NCBI GenBank assembly: GCA_963770835.1
Contig: CAVYRH010000002.1
Coordinates: 96,001-160,000 of the forward strand
Direction of reading: 5' to 3'
Origin: an uncultured Pseudomonadota bacterium
Lineage (GTDB): Bacteria; Oederibacteriota; Muellerivitia; Muellerivitales; Muellerivitaceae
DNA: 64,000 nt
Shown here piece by piece: positions 20,839 through 30,345 of this stretch. Numbering within the stretch: position 1 is the stretch's first letter; every line of letters begins with the position of its first letter. A model generated the notes under the pieces. The model was not told the DNA's origin. It saw only the letters and a list, made by a program, of their open reading frames with translations, and made no database searches. A program made the position numbers and the translations under genes.

Positions 20839-22257
20839 TCAAGGGTCCGCCGTCTTTACGAGAACAAGCTTGTTGAGCGCCCTGCCATCCTTGGTATACA
20901 GGACCGTATATTGGCCTGTCGGCATTTCCCGCCCCGAATCATCCTTTCCATCCCACTCGACCCAATCATCCGGCTGGGCCACAACATGCTTTTCGAACAG
21001 ATTCCTCAAATGACTACCGGAAGCATCCACCACTTCCAGGCGGTAAACCCCGGGCCCATCCGCGAAGCTAATGTAAATATTAGCAGGCTGATTTTCGAAA
21101 ACAATGGTCTGGGCTTGGTTGGCGACGGGGGCGGGGGTCACCCCGGAGGTTGGAGTCGGCGTTGATGCCTTGGCCGCCACCGGCGGGGCCGCTTTCTCAA
21201 CCAGCTCCGCCCGGCTTGAAACCCCGAATTTAGGAATGGGAGTGGGCGTAGGTTTCTTGAATTTTCTCCGTATTTGGAAAGTCCTGGCCGGTACAGGAGA
21301 AATCGTAGGGGTCGGCGAAGGCCGAACTACCCCGATTGGAACAGAAGTAAAGGTGGGACTAGCTGTTGGTGGAAGAACTGGAGTCCAGGCGGGAGCGGGA
21401 CTTGGGATGGTAGTAGCGGTCGGCGTAAGGATCGGCTTCCAAGTATAAACCGGCTTTGGGATGGGCGTATCAATCGGAAAAGAAGTAAAAGTCGGCGTAG
21501 TCAAAACGGGTTGAGTTTTGGGAGTGGGTTTAGGCAACATCGCCCGAACTTCGGCCCTCGGTTTCTCTTGAGCCCAATTCTTTTCAGGCGCACAAAGCGG
21601 GTTGGGCCCGATGTTCAGGTAAAATTTCTGGCGGTAAAGGTGACGTTCACCCGGGTATTCGGCTTTTGGCGTCATGCCCGAAGCCGATAGAAATTGGATT
21701 TCCTGCCGGTTTTCCGGATCTGTAAGAAGCGCCACACCCGGAACCGTTGTGCCGATGGCATAAGGCGGGGGCCAATTCACGTCGTTAAAAGACATTCGAT
21801 GCCAATCTTCAGGTTCCCCCATCTCCCGGCCCGGAAGGTAATAGGACTTATGGTCCGTCCTATCGTTGCTGGATAAAGTTCGCTCCGTACCGTCCGAAAA
21901 ACGCAGTTTAAGAACATAGGCGATGCCGATTTGCCCCCTCAACGGGGGTTGGCTGTTGAAGGCATTGGCGTTTTCGATCGCCAAGATATTTTCATTTTGA
22001 AAATAGCAAAGATGTTTCGGGAGGCATTGGATGGTCTGGAACCCTTTAGATTCGGGTGTCGATGGCTGGCTTTCCCTTATCGGAATTCCATTGAGCCAAA
22101 TATCAGCCCAACCATCGACTGAAATGTAAAAGGTAGCCGACTTCAAATAAGGGGGGGCAACTTGGGCAATAGCCGCCGGGGAAAATCCCAGACCAACCGG
22201 TAGAAGAGTGAACAAAAAGGCTCTTTTCCTGAAAAAGCTCCAGTTGGGCGGGGTCAT
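20839..22257 (-). CDS. Secreted protein with Pro/Thr-rich linker and C-terminal FlgD-like Ig domain
   Basis: Signal peptide, beta-rich N-domain, TPT/PTP repeats and a C-terminal WDGKDDSGREMPTGQY motif. Confidence 0.75.
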   Translation of the reverse strand: MTPPNWSFFRKRAFLFTLLPVGLGFSPAAIAQVAPPYLKSATFYISVDGWADIWLNGIPIRESQPSTPESKGFQTIQCLPKHLCYFQNENILAIENANAFNSQPPLRGQIGIAYVLKLRFSDGTERTLSSNDRTDHKSYYLPGREMGEPEDWHRMSFNDVNWPPPYAIGTTVPGVALLTDPENRQEIQFLSASGMTPKAEYPGERHLYRQKFYLNIGPNPLCAPEKNWAQEKPRAEVRAMLPKPTPKTQPVLTTPTFTSFPIDTPIPKPVYTWKPILTPTATTIPSPAPAWTPVLPPTASPTFTSVPIGVVRPSPTPTISPVPARTFQIRRKFKKPTPTPIPKFGVSSRAELVEKAAPPVAAKASTPTPTSGVTPAPVANQAQTIVFENQPANIYISFADGPGVYRLEVVDASGSHLRNLFEKHVVAQPDDWVEWDGKDDSGREMPTGQYTVLYTKDGRALNKLVLVKTADP

Positions 22258-22328
22258 GCCCTTATATATAACCCATTTTCCCCCGCTGTGGATGCTCCCG
22301 GTTTTTTAAGCGCGGGACGTTTCCGGTA

Positions 22329-23279
22329 TCAAGACCCCTGCAAGCGGCGCTGTTGGACGAAAAACGTCACCTCGGCCCCGAACAAGAGGATGGTCCAGGA
22401 AAGGTAGAACCAGACGAGGATCACGGGAATCATCCATAAAGCCCCGTAAACATGGCTTCGCTCAAAGACTTTCAACGCGTACAAATTCATCCCCCACCGG
22501 GCCGTTTGCAGCAGTACGGTCGCCACCAACCCGGTTAAGGCCGCCGCCCGGGGGTCCACCCGGGCGTTGGGTATCCAGACATAGATCCAAAAACAAGCGG
22601 CCCACAAAACCACAAAAGGAAGGGCGGTGGCGAAAAGCCAATGGTGGAAGGATGGGTGAAAAAGGTTCAAGCTTCCCGCCCAGCCTTTCACGGTTAGGAG
22701 CAATATCCCCAACAAGGGCAGGCCAATGAAAAAGGTCGCGTGCCGTACCATTTGGGCCATAATCCGGCGGGGTTTTTCCACCCCCCAAAGGTAATTGAAA
22801 GAATGCTCCACATCCCGCAGCAAAAGAAAAACAATCAAAAGAAAACCCAAAAAACCCACGAGGCCCACCTTCTGGGAAAAAAACGCGAACTTTCTCATGG
22901 AGATGCGGATTTGCTGTTTGCCCACTTGGTTCAACTGTTGGAGGTTTTGCGGTTCGGAAGGATCCAGTAACGAATTGTTGGATTGGGTCTGGACGGGATA
23001 AATAGCGTCGACGATCTGGTCGAGAAGCTGTTCCCTTTTTTGGGCGAAGGCGTCATTGGAGAGAACCGCCATGATGATGGCCAAAGCCGGCACCAGGGCC
23101 AGGATGGTTTTGAAGGCAAGGGAGCTGGCATAAAGGCGCTTGTGGCCCCGGCTGGGTTGGTTTCCATTGTTCAATACTTTGCCGCTGGCCCAAACGATGG
23201 CTTTCAGGTCCTCCCAAATCGCGATCGGACGTGGAGGCTGTTTTTGAAGCCGGTGATGACCGTGAAAATAATTGGCCAA
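22329..23279 (-). CDS. YihY/BrkB family membrane protein
   Basis: ASSLAFKTILALVP, VEHSFNYLW and YGAL...LVWFYLSWTILLFGAE. Confidence 0.88.
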   Translation of the reverse strand: MANYFHGHHRLQKQPPRPIAIWEDLKAIVWASGKVLNNGNQPSRGHKRLYASSLAFKTILALVPALAIIMAVLSNDAFAQKREQLLDQIVDAIYPVQTQSNNSLLDPSEPQNLQQLNQVGKQQIRISMRKFAFFSQKVGLVGFLGFLLIVFLLLRDVEHSFNYLWGVEKPRRIMAQMVRHATFFIGLPLLGILLLTVKGWAGSLNLFHPSFHHWLFATALPFVVLWAACFWIYVWIPNARVDPRAAALTGLVATVLLQTARWGMNLYALKVFERSHVYGALWMIPVILVWFYLSWTILLFGAEVTFFVQQRRLQGS

Positions 23280-23374
23280 GGATTTCCTTCACGAAAGGTA
23301 GAATGGCTCCATTGTAAGCGAAACCGGCTATGGGAATGTCCTGATTTACCCATCCCTGTGGTAAGGATTAAATT

Positions 23375-23986
23375 TTGGTAAACAAGAAAATACTGCCCTT
23401 AAAATATCAAACCCCGGCTGAATGGGGCGGGCAGGTTCTTCGGCAGCCCCTGGCCCTCCTTTCGGACCAGGCCTATTTGGAAAAGAAAGCCGCCAATAAC
23501 GCCCTGGAATTCCTGAACCTTTGGCCCGGCGCCAAGGCCCCTGCCCATTGGCTTTCTTCCGTGGCCGCCATCGCAAGCGATGAAACCGCCCACCTGAAAA
23601 TGGTTTTACGGCTTTTGGAAAAGAAGGGGGGCGCGCTTGAGGGGTCGCACAAAAACCCTTACGCGGTGGATTTGCACCGGTTGGTCCGGCGCGGCAAGGG
23701 AAAGCAGGATCTGGCGGACCGGCTTCTCATTTCCGCCCTCATTGAGGCACGGTCCTGCGAAAGATTTGAGAGATTGGTGGAAGCCTGCGGCGACGCCGAA
23801 CTATCGAAATTTTACGCGGGTTTGATCGAGTCCGAGAACGGTCATTACCGGCTTTTCGTGGAATTGGCCAAAAAGGTCCTGCCCCCGCGCGAAGCCGAAA
23901 CCCGGTGGGTCCAGTTGGTGGGACAAGAAGCCGAAATTATCCAGGCTCAGCCGCCCGGCCCAAGAATCCACAGTGGGATGGCCTAG
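23375..23986 (+). CDS. miaE: tRNA-(ms2io6A) hydroxylase, ferritin-like
   Basis: EKKAA, DETAH, DRLLISALIEARSCERF, SENGH and RIHS. Confidence 0.85.
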   Translation: MVNKKILPLKYQTPAEWGGQVLRQPLALLSDQAYLEKKAANNALEFLNLWPGAKAPAHWLSSVAAIASDETAHLKMVLRLLEKKGGALEGSHKNPYAVDLHRLVRRGKGKQDLADRLLISALIEARSCERFERLVEACGDAELSKFYAGLIESENGHYRLFVELAKKVLPPREAETRWVQLVGQEAEIIQAQPPGPRIHSGMA

Positions 23987-24010
23987 TTCCAGGGCTTTTT
24001 CCCAGAAGAC

Positions 24011-24652
24011 TTACTTCGACGCCTCTTCCAGGGCTTTGACAAAGGTTTCAACGCTTTGGGCCCCTGAAACCGCGAACTTATGGTTAAAGACGAAAAAAGG
24101 CACGCCGTTGACCCCCAAGTCATAGGCCTTTTCTTCCGCTTCGCGGACCTCTTCCTCGCCTTCACGTCCGGCTAGGAGTTTTTCCACCTTTGTCTTGTCC
24201 AATCCGGCCGCACCCGCCAATTCCGTTAAGGCCTTTTTATCCCCGAGGTCCTTTCCCTCGGTGAAATAGGCCTTAAAAAAGACGTTTTGGGCCTCATTTC
24301 CCTTTCCTTCTTTCTCGGCCAGCCATAGCACCCGATGCGCGTTAAAGGTATTGGGCGTCCTTTCAATGGAGTCGAACTGGTAATCAATTCCCACTTCCTT
24401 TCCAAGGGCCGTCAGCCGGGCGTGAGCCTCGTCCAGCACATGCGTTCCCCCGAATTTAGCCGCCAGGTGGGCTTTGTGATCCAGGCCTCCCTCGGGGGTG
24501 GCCGGATTCAACTCGTAAGGCAAAAACCGCACTTGGGCCTGTGCGCTTTTACCCCCAACCTCCAAGGCCGCCTCCAAGCGTTTTTTCCCCAGGTAACACC
24601 AAGGGCAAATAACGTCGGAATAAATTTCGATTTTAAGAGGCTCCATCTTCAC
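24011..24652 (-). CDS. DsbA/FrnE family oxidoreductase
   Basis: SDVICPWCYLG, NTFNAHR, GVPFF and SGAQ. Confidence 0.92.
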   Translation of the reverse strand: MKMEPLKIEIYSDVICPWCYLGKKRLEAALEVGGKSAQAQVRFLPYELNPATPEGGLDHKAHLAAKFGGTHVLDEAHARLTALGKEVGIDYQFDSIERTPNTFNAHRVLWLAEKEGKGNEAQNVFFKAYFTEGKDLGDKKALTELAGAAGLDKTKVEKLLAGREGEEEVREAEEKAYDLGVNGVPFFVFNHKFAVSGAQSVETFVKALEEASK

Positions 24653-24849
24653 TCCTTGATATCCAGTTTTTTAAAATAAGCATTTGATAGCCGCATGACA
24701 AGTTAAACACATCAAAATCAATCCCCCCAACTCAAAAACACGGACTTTTAATTGGCAACCGATTCACCATTTTAAATTTTTAAACTTCTGGTCGAACCAA
24801 GTTGGTTTAATTCACGGGGGCAAGACAGGCGGGGTAAAGATTTCTTCGC

Positions 24850-25410
24850 AAAAACTACGAGTAGTGAGTGGTAAAAATTCTAAATTAACCCTAAGTTAAA
24901 TTTATGAACAGCCACGCGATCATAAAGCAATTCGGGTCGAATGTCCGAAAACTAAGGTTGAAAAGGCGCTGGACCCAGGAACATCTGGCCCAACACGCGG
25001 GGTTGACCCCCAACTACATCGGTTTTGTCGAAAGAGGGGAAAGGAACATCACCCTCAAAAACGCCGTCAAAATCGCAAGGGGCCTCAACTACCCGGTCCA
25101 CAAGTTATTCGACGGAATTTTACAGTCGATAAAGTAGCGCTTTGACGGTTCTCCCGCCCCGGTGCCCGGATGGATCATTTTTTCATCCCCTTGTAAACAA
25201 CCCTTTCAACGGGCCAGTTTTTTTCCCGAAGGCATCGCCGGAATGCCTGGGCCGAATCCTCCGCTTTGACTTCATAAATTTCTTCCATCCCCATGAGTTG
25301 GAAAATAAATATCTGTGGGTCTTCTGGCACTTTTCCTCCCAGGATTTTTCACAAGGGGGGTTAATGTGCATGAACCGGAACTCATTGACCACTCACTACT
25401 CGTAGTTTTT
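24850..25410. repeat. Perfect 23-bp inverted repeats flanking the XRE gene
   Basis: aaaaactacgagtagtgagtggt (24850-24872) is the exact reverse complement of accactcactactcgtagttttt (25388-25410); it contains the palindrome ACTAC-GA-GTAGT. Confidence 0.9.
24904..25137 (+). CDS. XRE-family HTH regulator (controller/C-protein-like)
   Basis: FGSNVRKLR...TQEHLA...YIGFVERGERNITL. Confidence 0.88.
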   Translation: MNSHAIIKQFGSNVRKLRLKRRWTQEHLAQHAGLTPNYIGFVERGERNITLKNAVKIARGLNYPVHKLFDGILQSIK

Positions 25411-25493
25411 AACGGGTAATACCGAATAATGCCGACGGGGAAACAGGAATGAATCCGAGTTATTTTTAGGTCTTCAACCATTATGATGGCGCC

Positions 25494-25898
25494 ATGAAGG
25501 TGATAAAACTCCAGACTGACCGGCGGGAACAAATCCTGGACATCACAGGGCCTATCCAGGATTTCGTTGATAAAAACGGCTCTTCATCAGGCTTATTGGC
25601 GGTTTTTTGCCCCCACACCACCGCGGCCGTCTCCATCAATGAAAACGCCGATCCGGACGTGAAAAGGGATATTCTTTACCATCTCAAGAAAACCATTCCC
25701 CAATCCCCGGATTTCAAGCATTTTGAGGACAATGCGGACGCCCACATCAAATCAGTATTAACGGGCTTTTCGTTGGTTTTAATCGTGGAAAAAGGACGAA
25801 TCCAGCTGGGCCGTTGGCAGGGAATCTATTTTTGCGAGTTCGACGGGCCTAAAGAGCGGGAAATATGGCTTAAATGGATTCCGGATACGGGCGCTTAA
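25494..25898 (+). CDS. YjbQ/UPF0047 family protein
   Basis: HTTAAVSINENADPDV, NADAHIKS and LGRWQGIYFCEFDGP. Confidence 0.92.
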   Translation: MKVIKLQTDRREQILDITGPIQDFVDKNGSSSGLLAVFCPHTTAAVSINENADPDVKRDILYHLKKTIPQSPDFKHFEDNADAHIKSVLTGFSLVLIVEKGRIQLGRWQGIYFCEFDGPKEREIWLKWIPDTGA

Positions 25899-25913
25899 AA
25901 AACTGAAATCTCC

Positions 25914-26873
25914 TTAGACGGCATCCGAATGCCCGTCCCGCTCGAATTCCTCTTCCAGGCTGAAATATCTCTCACCCATGTCACAGCAAATGGTGGCCAC
26001 GCGGGCGTCGGGGCCCAACTTCTTGGCGATTTTAACGGCGGCCGCCACATTGGCCCCGGAAGAAATTCCCAAAAGCAGCCCTTCTTCGCGAGCCAAGCGC
26101 TTGGTCATGCGGTAGGCTTCCTGATCCTCAACGGTGATGATTTCATCCACAACCGACCGGTTGAAGACCGACGGCACGAAGCCGGCGCCGATTCCCTGGA
26201 TCCGGTGGGTTCCGGCTTTTCCGCCCGAAATCACCGCCGAGGCCGCCGGTTCCACGCCCACGATTTTGATTTTGGGGTTTTTCGCCTTGAAGTATTCCCC
26301 CACTCCCGTGATGGTCCCACCCGTCCCGATACCCGCCACGAAAGCATCCAGCCTCCCCTGGGTATCCTTGTCAATCTCGGGCGCCGTCGTCTTTTTATGG
26401 GCTTCCGGATTGGCCCGGTTGGCGAATTGCTCCGGCATGAAATACTCCGGGTGTTGTTCCTTGATTTCCTTGGCCTTGCGGACAGCTTCAGTCATTAACC
26501 CTTTCGCCGAGGTTAAAACCAATTCCGCCCCATAAGCCTTTAATAGCACCCGCCGTTCCTGGCTCATATCCTCCGGCATGACCAGGATGAGCTTATAGCC
26601 CCTCTGGGCACAGACCAGGGCAAGGCCGATGCCCGTATTGCCGCTGGTGGGTTCCACCAGGGTGCCACCGGGTTTTAAGATTCCCCGCTGTTCCGCGCCC
26701 TCGATCATGGCCAATGCGATCCGGTCCTTGACGCTGCCACCCGGATTGTAAAACTCCAGTTTGCAAAGGATCTGGGCCCCACCCTTTTCCGGGATGCGCT
26801 GGAGCCTCAAAAGGGGCGTCTGACCGATGAGGTGCGTGATATTGGTGGCCAAGGGGTAACGGTTATAAGTCAT
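25914..26873 (-). CDS. cysK: Cysteine synthase A
   Basis: IGQTPL, KLEFYNPGGSVKDRIA, EPTSGNTGIGL, GTGGT, HRIQGIGAG, GISSGAN and ERYFS; likely start MTYN at 26873. Confidence 0.93.
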   Translation of the reverse strand: MTYNRYPLATNITHLIGQTPLLRLQRIPEKGGAQILCKLEFYNPGGSVKDRIALAMIEGAEQRGILKPGGTLVEPTSGNTGIGLALVCAQRGYKLILVMPEDMSQERRVLLKAYGAELVLTSAKGLMTEAVRKAKEIKEQHPEYFMPEQFANRANPEAHKKTTAPEIDKDTQGRLDAFVAGIGTGGTITGVGEYFKAKNPKIKIVGVEPAASAVISGGKAGTHRIQGIGAGFVPSVFNRSVVDEIITVEDQEAYRMTKRLAREEGLLLGISSGANVAAAVKIAKKLGPDARVATICCDMGERYFSLEEEFERDGHSDAV

Positions 26874-27564
26874 GGGGTGACGGGAGCCCTTCTTCCAACA
26901 AGCGGGCCGGGCATTTATAAGTCGGCTGGACTTCATGGTGGAATGAACCTCCCATTTCCAGGGAAGTTATCCATACCTTCCCTTCGAGGGGTGAATTCCC
27001 GTTCAAAATCCACTGGAGCGCCTCGGAAGCGGCCATCGCCCCGATCATGCGTTGGAGGGAGGCCGTTCCCTTCGTGAAAGCTTTGGGGTTCATGACTTCA
27101 AAACATTCCAAACAGGGGCACTGCCCCCCTTCGATGGCGAACCGTCAGAAGGGCGAATCCGCTGCCCGCGGGCCAAGCAAATAAAGCGGGCCGGGCGTGG
27201 TGCCGGAGCCAACGGCTGAGACGCCGCCGGATTTCCTTGTTATCGTTTAAAACCAGAACGGCCGAAGTCTCGGGCAACTGTTCAAAATCCTCAGGCAAAA
27301 CGTCCACTTGAAGGCCGGGAAATTGGGAAGTCAGGGAAAAGGAATCGAAGTGCCCCAAGGGGATAACGAAAATCTTGGAAAGGCCGACCGAGGCCAGGGC
27401 AACGGCGGCGGATTGGAGGGCAACTCCCTCTCCCACCAATAAGGCCGAGGCTTTCGACCATTTCTTTTGGCCTTCCGGACCAACGGAAGGGAGGATGGCC
27501 TGGCGTGAAAAGCGTTCATCGGATAACGGCCCCGGGCTTGCGGGGGGCGCGCGGAGGATGGCAT
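26863..27564 (-). CDS. Degenerate ThiF/MoeB-like protein (frameshifts near 27545 and in the G run at ~27125)
   Basis: Reconstructed: ERFSRQAILPSVGPEGQKKW..ALLVGEGVAL...QCPCLECF...IGAMAASEALQWIL...PTYKCP. It keeps RxSRQ/G.EGQ and one CxxC but lacks GxGxxG, SNLxRQ and the catalytic-loop Cys. Confidence 0.7.
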
Positions 27565-27569
27565 GGAGG

Positions 27570-27814
27570 TTACTCGACGATGTCTTTGACGATCGGATTA
27601 ACATCGATGCCCTGTTTGGAAAGATTTCCAGGGCTTTCCTGATTTCTTTTTCCTCGCCCACGATTTCCATTTGGACATACCCGAAGCCCTTGGTGATGGA
27701 AGCCCGGCGGATATTAACGGTCATATCATGTTTTTTGATCATGCTGGACAGGACCGGTTCGGTGACGAGTTCGGTGGGATAATCCAATTCGACGAGTTTT
27801 TTAATAGCGGTCAC
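27570..27814 (-). CDS. Stand-alone NIL-domain protein (one indel at ~27625)
   Basis: LDYPTELVTEPVL...VNIRRASI...GYVQMEIVGEE. The corrected end KQGIDVNPIVKDIVE* stops at 27570. Confidence 0.8.
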
Positions 27815-27850
27815 GAAATAGCTCCTTGTGGGACGTTCAAAAGGGCGGAT

Positions 27851-28134
27851 TTAAATTTGAATTCCGCCCGCGATGGCCGGCACGATGGAAACCTGGTCCC
27901 CGCCTTGACCGCGGTGGCTTCTCCTTGCAGGAAACGGATGTCTTCTTCGTTCAGATAGATATTCACGAACCGGCGGATTTTGCCGTTTTCATCGCAAAGC
28001 CGATCTTTCAGACCATTGTAATTTTTGCCCAGGTCGTTGATGAGATCGGACATGGTAGTGCCTTCGGCGTTCACTTCCGCTTGGTTGTTGGTGAGGTTTC
28101 GTAACGGGGTCGGGATGAGCACTTTCACTGCCAT
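27851..28134 (-). CDS. MoaD/ThiS/CysO-type ubiquitin-like sulfur carrier (one indel in the G run at ~27900)
   Basis: VLIPTPLR...RRFVNIYLNEEDIRFL. The corrected C-terminus is GDQVSIVPAIAGG-IQI*; GGAGG RBS. Confidence 0.88.
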
Positions 28135-28296
28135 GAAAATTCCTCCTGAAACGTAGGTTGAGGCTGAATTATGACCGAAGAAGCCCCTCTGTTTCCAGGG
28201 GAAAAGCGAAGGCCCGCCTAAGCGGCTGGGGTTGATTCTATGGCTTTCCCATCGGCAAAACCGTTGGAGACAAAATAGGCCGACTCATTTCTTGTT

Positions 28297-30345
28297 TCAT
28301 TTCAACAAGGGGAATTCCGTCACCCTTAAGCGCGTGGAACCATAAGGCACGAGGAGCAAAGATTCCATTGGTTCGGCGCTTTCAACGGGGCTCTGGGGTG
28401 GTGGTTCCGCAGCGCCCTGCGTAAAAGCCCAATCGTTCAAACGCTTGCCGTTAACAGTCAGCTTGAGGGGGGCACCCTCCAAGGTGAAGGGGTCTCCCTT
28501 TAAACCTATGTTTTGAAGCGTCAATGACTTTTCAGGGTCTCCTGGATTAAGCACCAAAGCATAGTTCCAGGGCGTTTGTGGAATGACAAAGTAGTCGTAT
28601 TTGGGTTCCCCCTTCGGCTGATAGGGGAATGGCTGGGCGGGTTTCCACGTTTCTTGAAGTCCCAGGCTGTAAACCAAGGGGCCCCTTTCCACGCTGACCG
28701 AATCGCGAAAACCCCTTCGGACCTTAAACGACATGGGCAGTTGAAGTTGAAGGGTGTCCCCTTCTTTCCATTGGCGAACAATTTTTTGAAAGGTTCCGGA
28801 AGCCATCCTTTGTTTTGTTCCATCCGGCAAGGTGAGGGTCGCTTGATCGCACCATTGCGGCACCCGCAAATAAAGAGGGAACTCAATGGGTTTGAGAGTT
28901 GATACTTTAAAAGTCAACTCCTCGCTGAACGGATAATCAGTTGTTAATTCGACCCTTACGGGTTGACCCGAGACCTCGGCTTCAACCACCGAAGGGGCAT
29001 AAATCACGGCAGCCAAGCCTCCGTCCGGGGTCGTCATCCATAAATGGGAGGTGAATTTGGGCCAGCCTTGGTGAAAATTGGCAGTGCAACAACCGTATTG
29101 GGGTTCCAGGCCAAACAGATTAGCCGTTCCACGGTTGGTGGTATAAACAGGCCGCGGAACGTAAACACAGGCCACCTGATTGGCCTGTTCATCATACTGG
29201 TGCTGCCAATAATTCGCCGTGCAGGCGGCTGGCAAGGCATTGAAGGCTATTTTTTCAAGGCGGTCCGCGTCCTCCACGTTCCCCAAAACGGACAAATCCG
29301 TTTCGAGTGAAAACATCGTTTCAACGATGGCGCAAAGTTCGGTCCCCTGGGAAGGGCTTTTTCCAGCCAGGCATTCATCCGCGCTGAAAAGGCCGTTGGC
29401 TTCGCCATGATAACGGTACAGTTCCTCGAGGGCCTCGGAAGAGAGCTTTTTATATTTTTCCTCGCCGGTCAGGCGGAAAAGGAGCGCCGGAACCTTCAAA
29501 CCCATGGCGTTGTTCACCCCGTGTCCCGGCCAATTCCAACCCGGGGACTTTTCCTTAATGGGCAAATTGGAAAAATGTTTTGGCCAGTTATAACCCTGGT
29601 TCGCCGCCTTGACGGCCAATTCTAGGAGCCAGGGTTCCCGGGTACGGTCATAGAGCCAGAAAACGCTTACAAGCAGGTCGCCCCAGCGGAAATAATTCCA
29701 GTCGAAAAGCGGCCTTTGGCTCAATTGGTTGTTGAGGCTCCAAAGGTCTTTTTCCATGGCCGAGATGACTCGTGGATCCCCTGTGGCCTCTTCATATTGG
29801 GCCAGAACTTTCAGGATGATGAACTGCGGCCAGGGATCCCGGGTCGCAGGTGGCTCGGCATTGGGAGGGGCGCCACTGGGGGGAGGGCTTTGCTCCGGGC
29901 CAAGCCAGCCATCCGGTAACTGATGCCCCAGGATATAGTCCATCCACCGCCTGGACTTTTGTTGAAGTTTTTGATCGTCGGTGAGATAAGCCAGTGGCAC
30001 GAAACCATCCAGCCAATAGGGGGCCCGCTCCCAGCCTTCCGCCTTTCCTCCAATCCATCCACTGTTTTTGACATCCGGCCAAAACTCATCCAAATGCCCG
30101 GAAAGACCACCCGCCTGGAGCTGAAGCTGTTCTAAGAGCCACCCTTTGGGCTTCACGTGCCCCAAAGGCAATGGTTGGAAGGCCGTCGGCTCTAAACCCA
30201 TCGGCCGGTTTTCTTTTCTCTCTTGTTGGCCCCGGAGGTAAATAGCCCAGGTAAACCCCATCAAAACCACGACTATCAGGGCGATCAAAGATTTTGTTGG
30301 AAAATTTTTCTTGGATCTTGGTGGTTCCAGGCTTGTTTCCGTCAT
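28297..30345 (-). CDS. GH127-like (beta-L-arabinofuranosidase family) glycoside hydrolase, membrane-anchored
   Basis: VKPKGWL, WERAPYWLDG, HGVN, GTELCAIVE, LEKIAFNALP, YGCCTANFHQGWPK, TDYPF and RGPLVY. Confidence 0.85.
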   Translation of the reverse strand: MTETSLEPPRSKKNFPTKSLIALIVVVLMGFTWAIYLRGQQERKENRPMGLEPTAFQPLPLGHVKPKGWLLEQLQLQAGGLSGHLDEFWPDVKNSGWIGGKAEGWERAPYWLDGFVPLAYLTDDQKLQQKSRRWMDYILGHQLPDGWLGPEQSPPPSGAPPNAEPPATRDPWPQFIILKVLAQYEEATGDPRVISAMEKDLWSLNNQLSQRPLFDWNYFRWGDLLVSVFWLYDRTREPWLLELAVKAANQGYNWPKHFSNLPIKEKSPGWNWPGHGVNNAMGLKVPALLFRLTGEEKYKKLSSEALEELYRYHGEANGLFSADECLAGKSPSQGTELCAIVETMFSLETDLSVLGNVEDADRLEKIAFNALPAACTANYWQHQYDEQANQVACVYVPRPVYTTNRGTANLFGLEPQYGCCTANFHQGWPKFTSHLWMTTPDGGLAAVIYAPSVVEAEVSGQPVRVELTTDYPFSEELTFKVSTLKPIEFPLYLRVPQWCDQATLTLPDGTKQRMASGTFQKIVRQWKEGDTLQLQLPMSFKVRRGFRDSVSVERGPLVYSLGLQETWKPAQPFPYQPKGEPKYDYFVIPQTPWNYALVLNPGDPEKSLTLQNIGLKGDPFTLEGAPLKLTVNGKRLNDWAFTQGAAEPPPQSPVESAEPMESLLLVPYGSTRLRVTEFPLLK

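Noticed and set aside
25142..25532. Small overlapping ORFs between the XRE gene and yjbQ
   Set aside because: They overlap each other, have no motifs or clear RBS, and none resembles a transposase or recombinase.
27098..27814. Apparent NIL-ThiF fusion in the ORF track
   Set aside because: One indel at ~27625 restores a normal NIL C-terminus with a stop at 27570, so the fusion is most likely an artefact.
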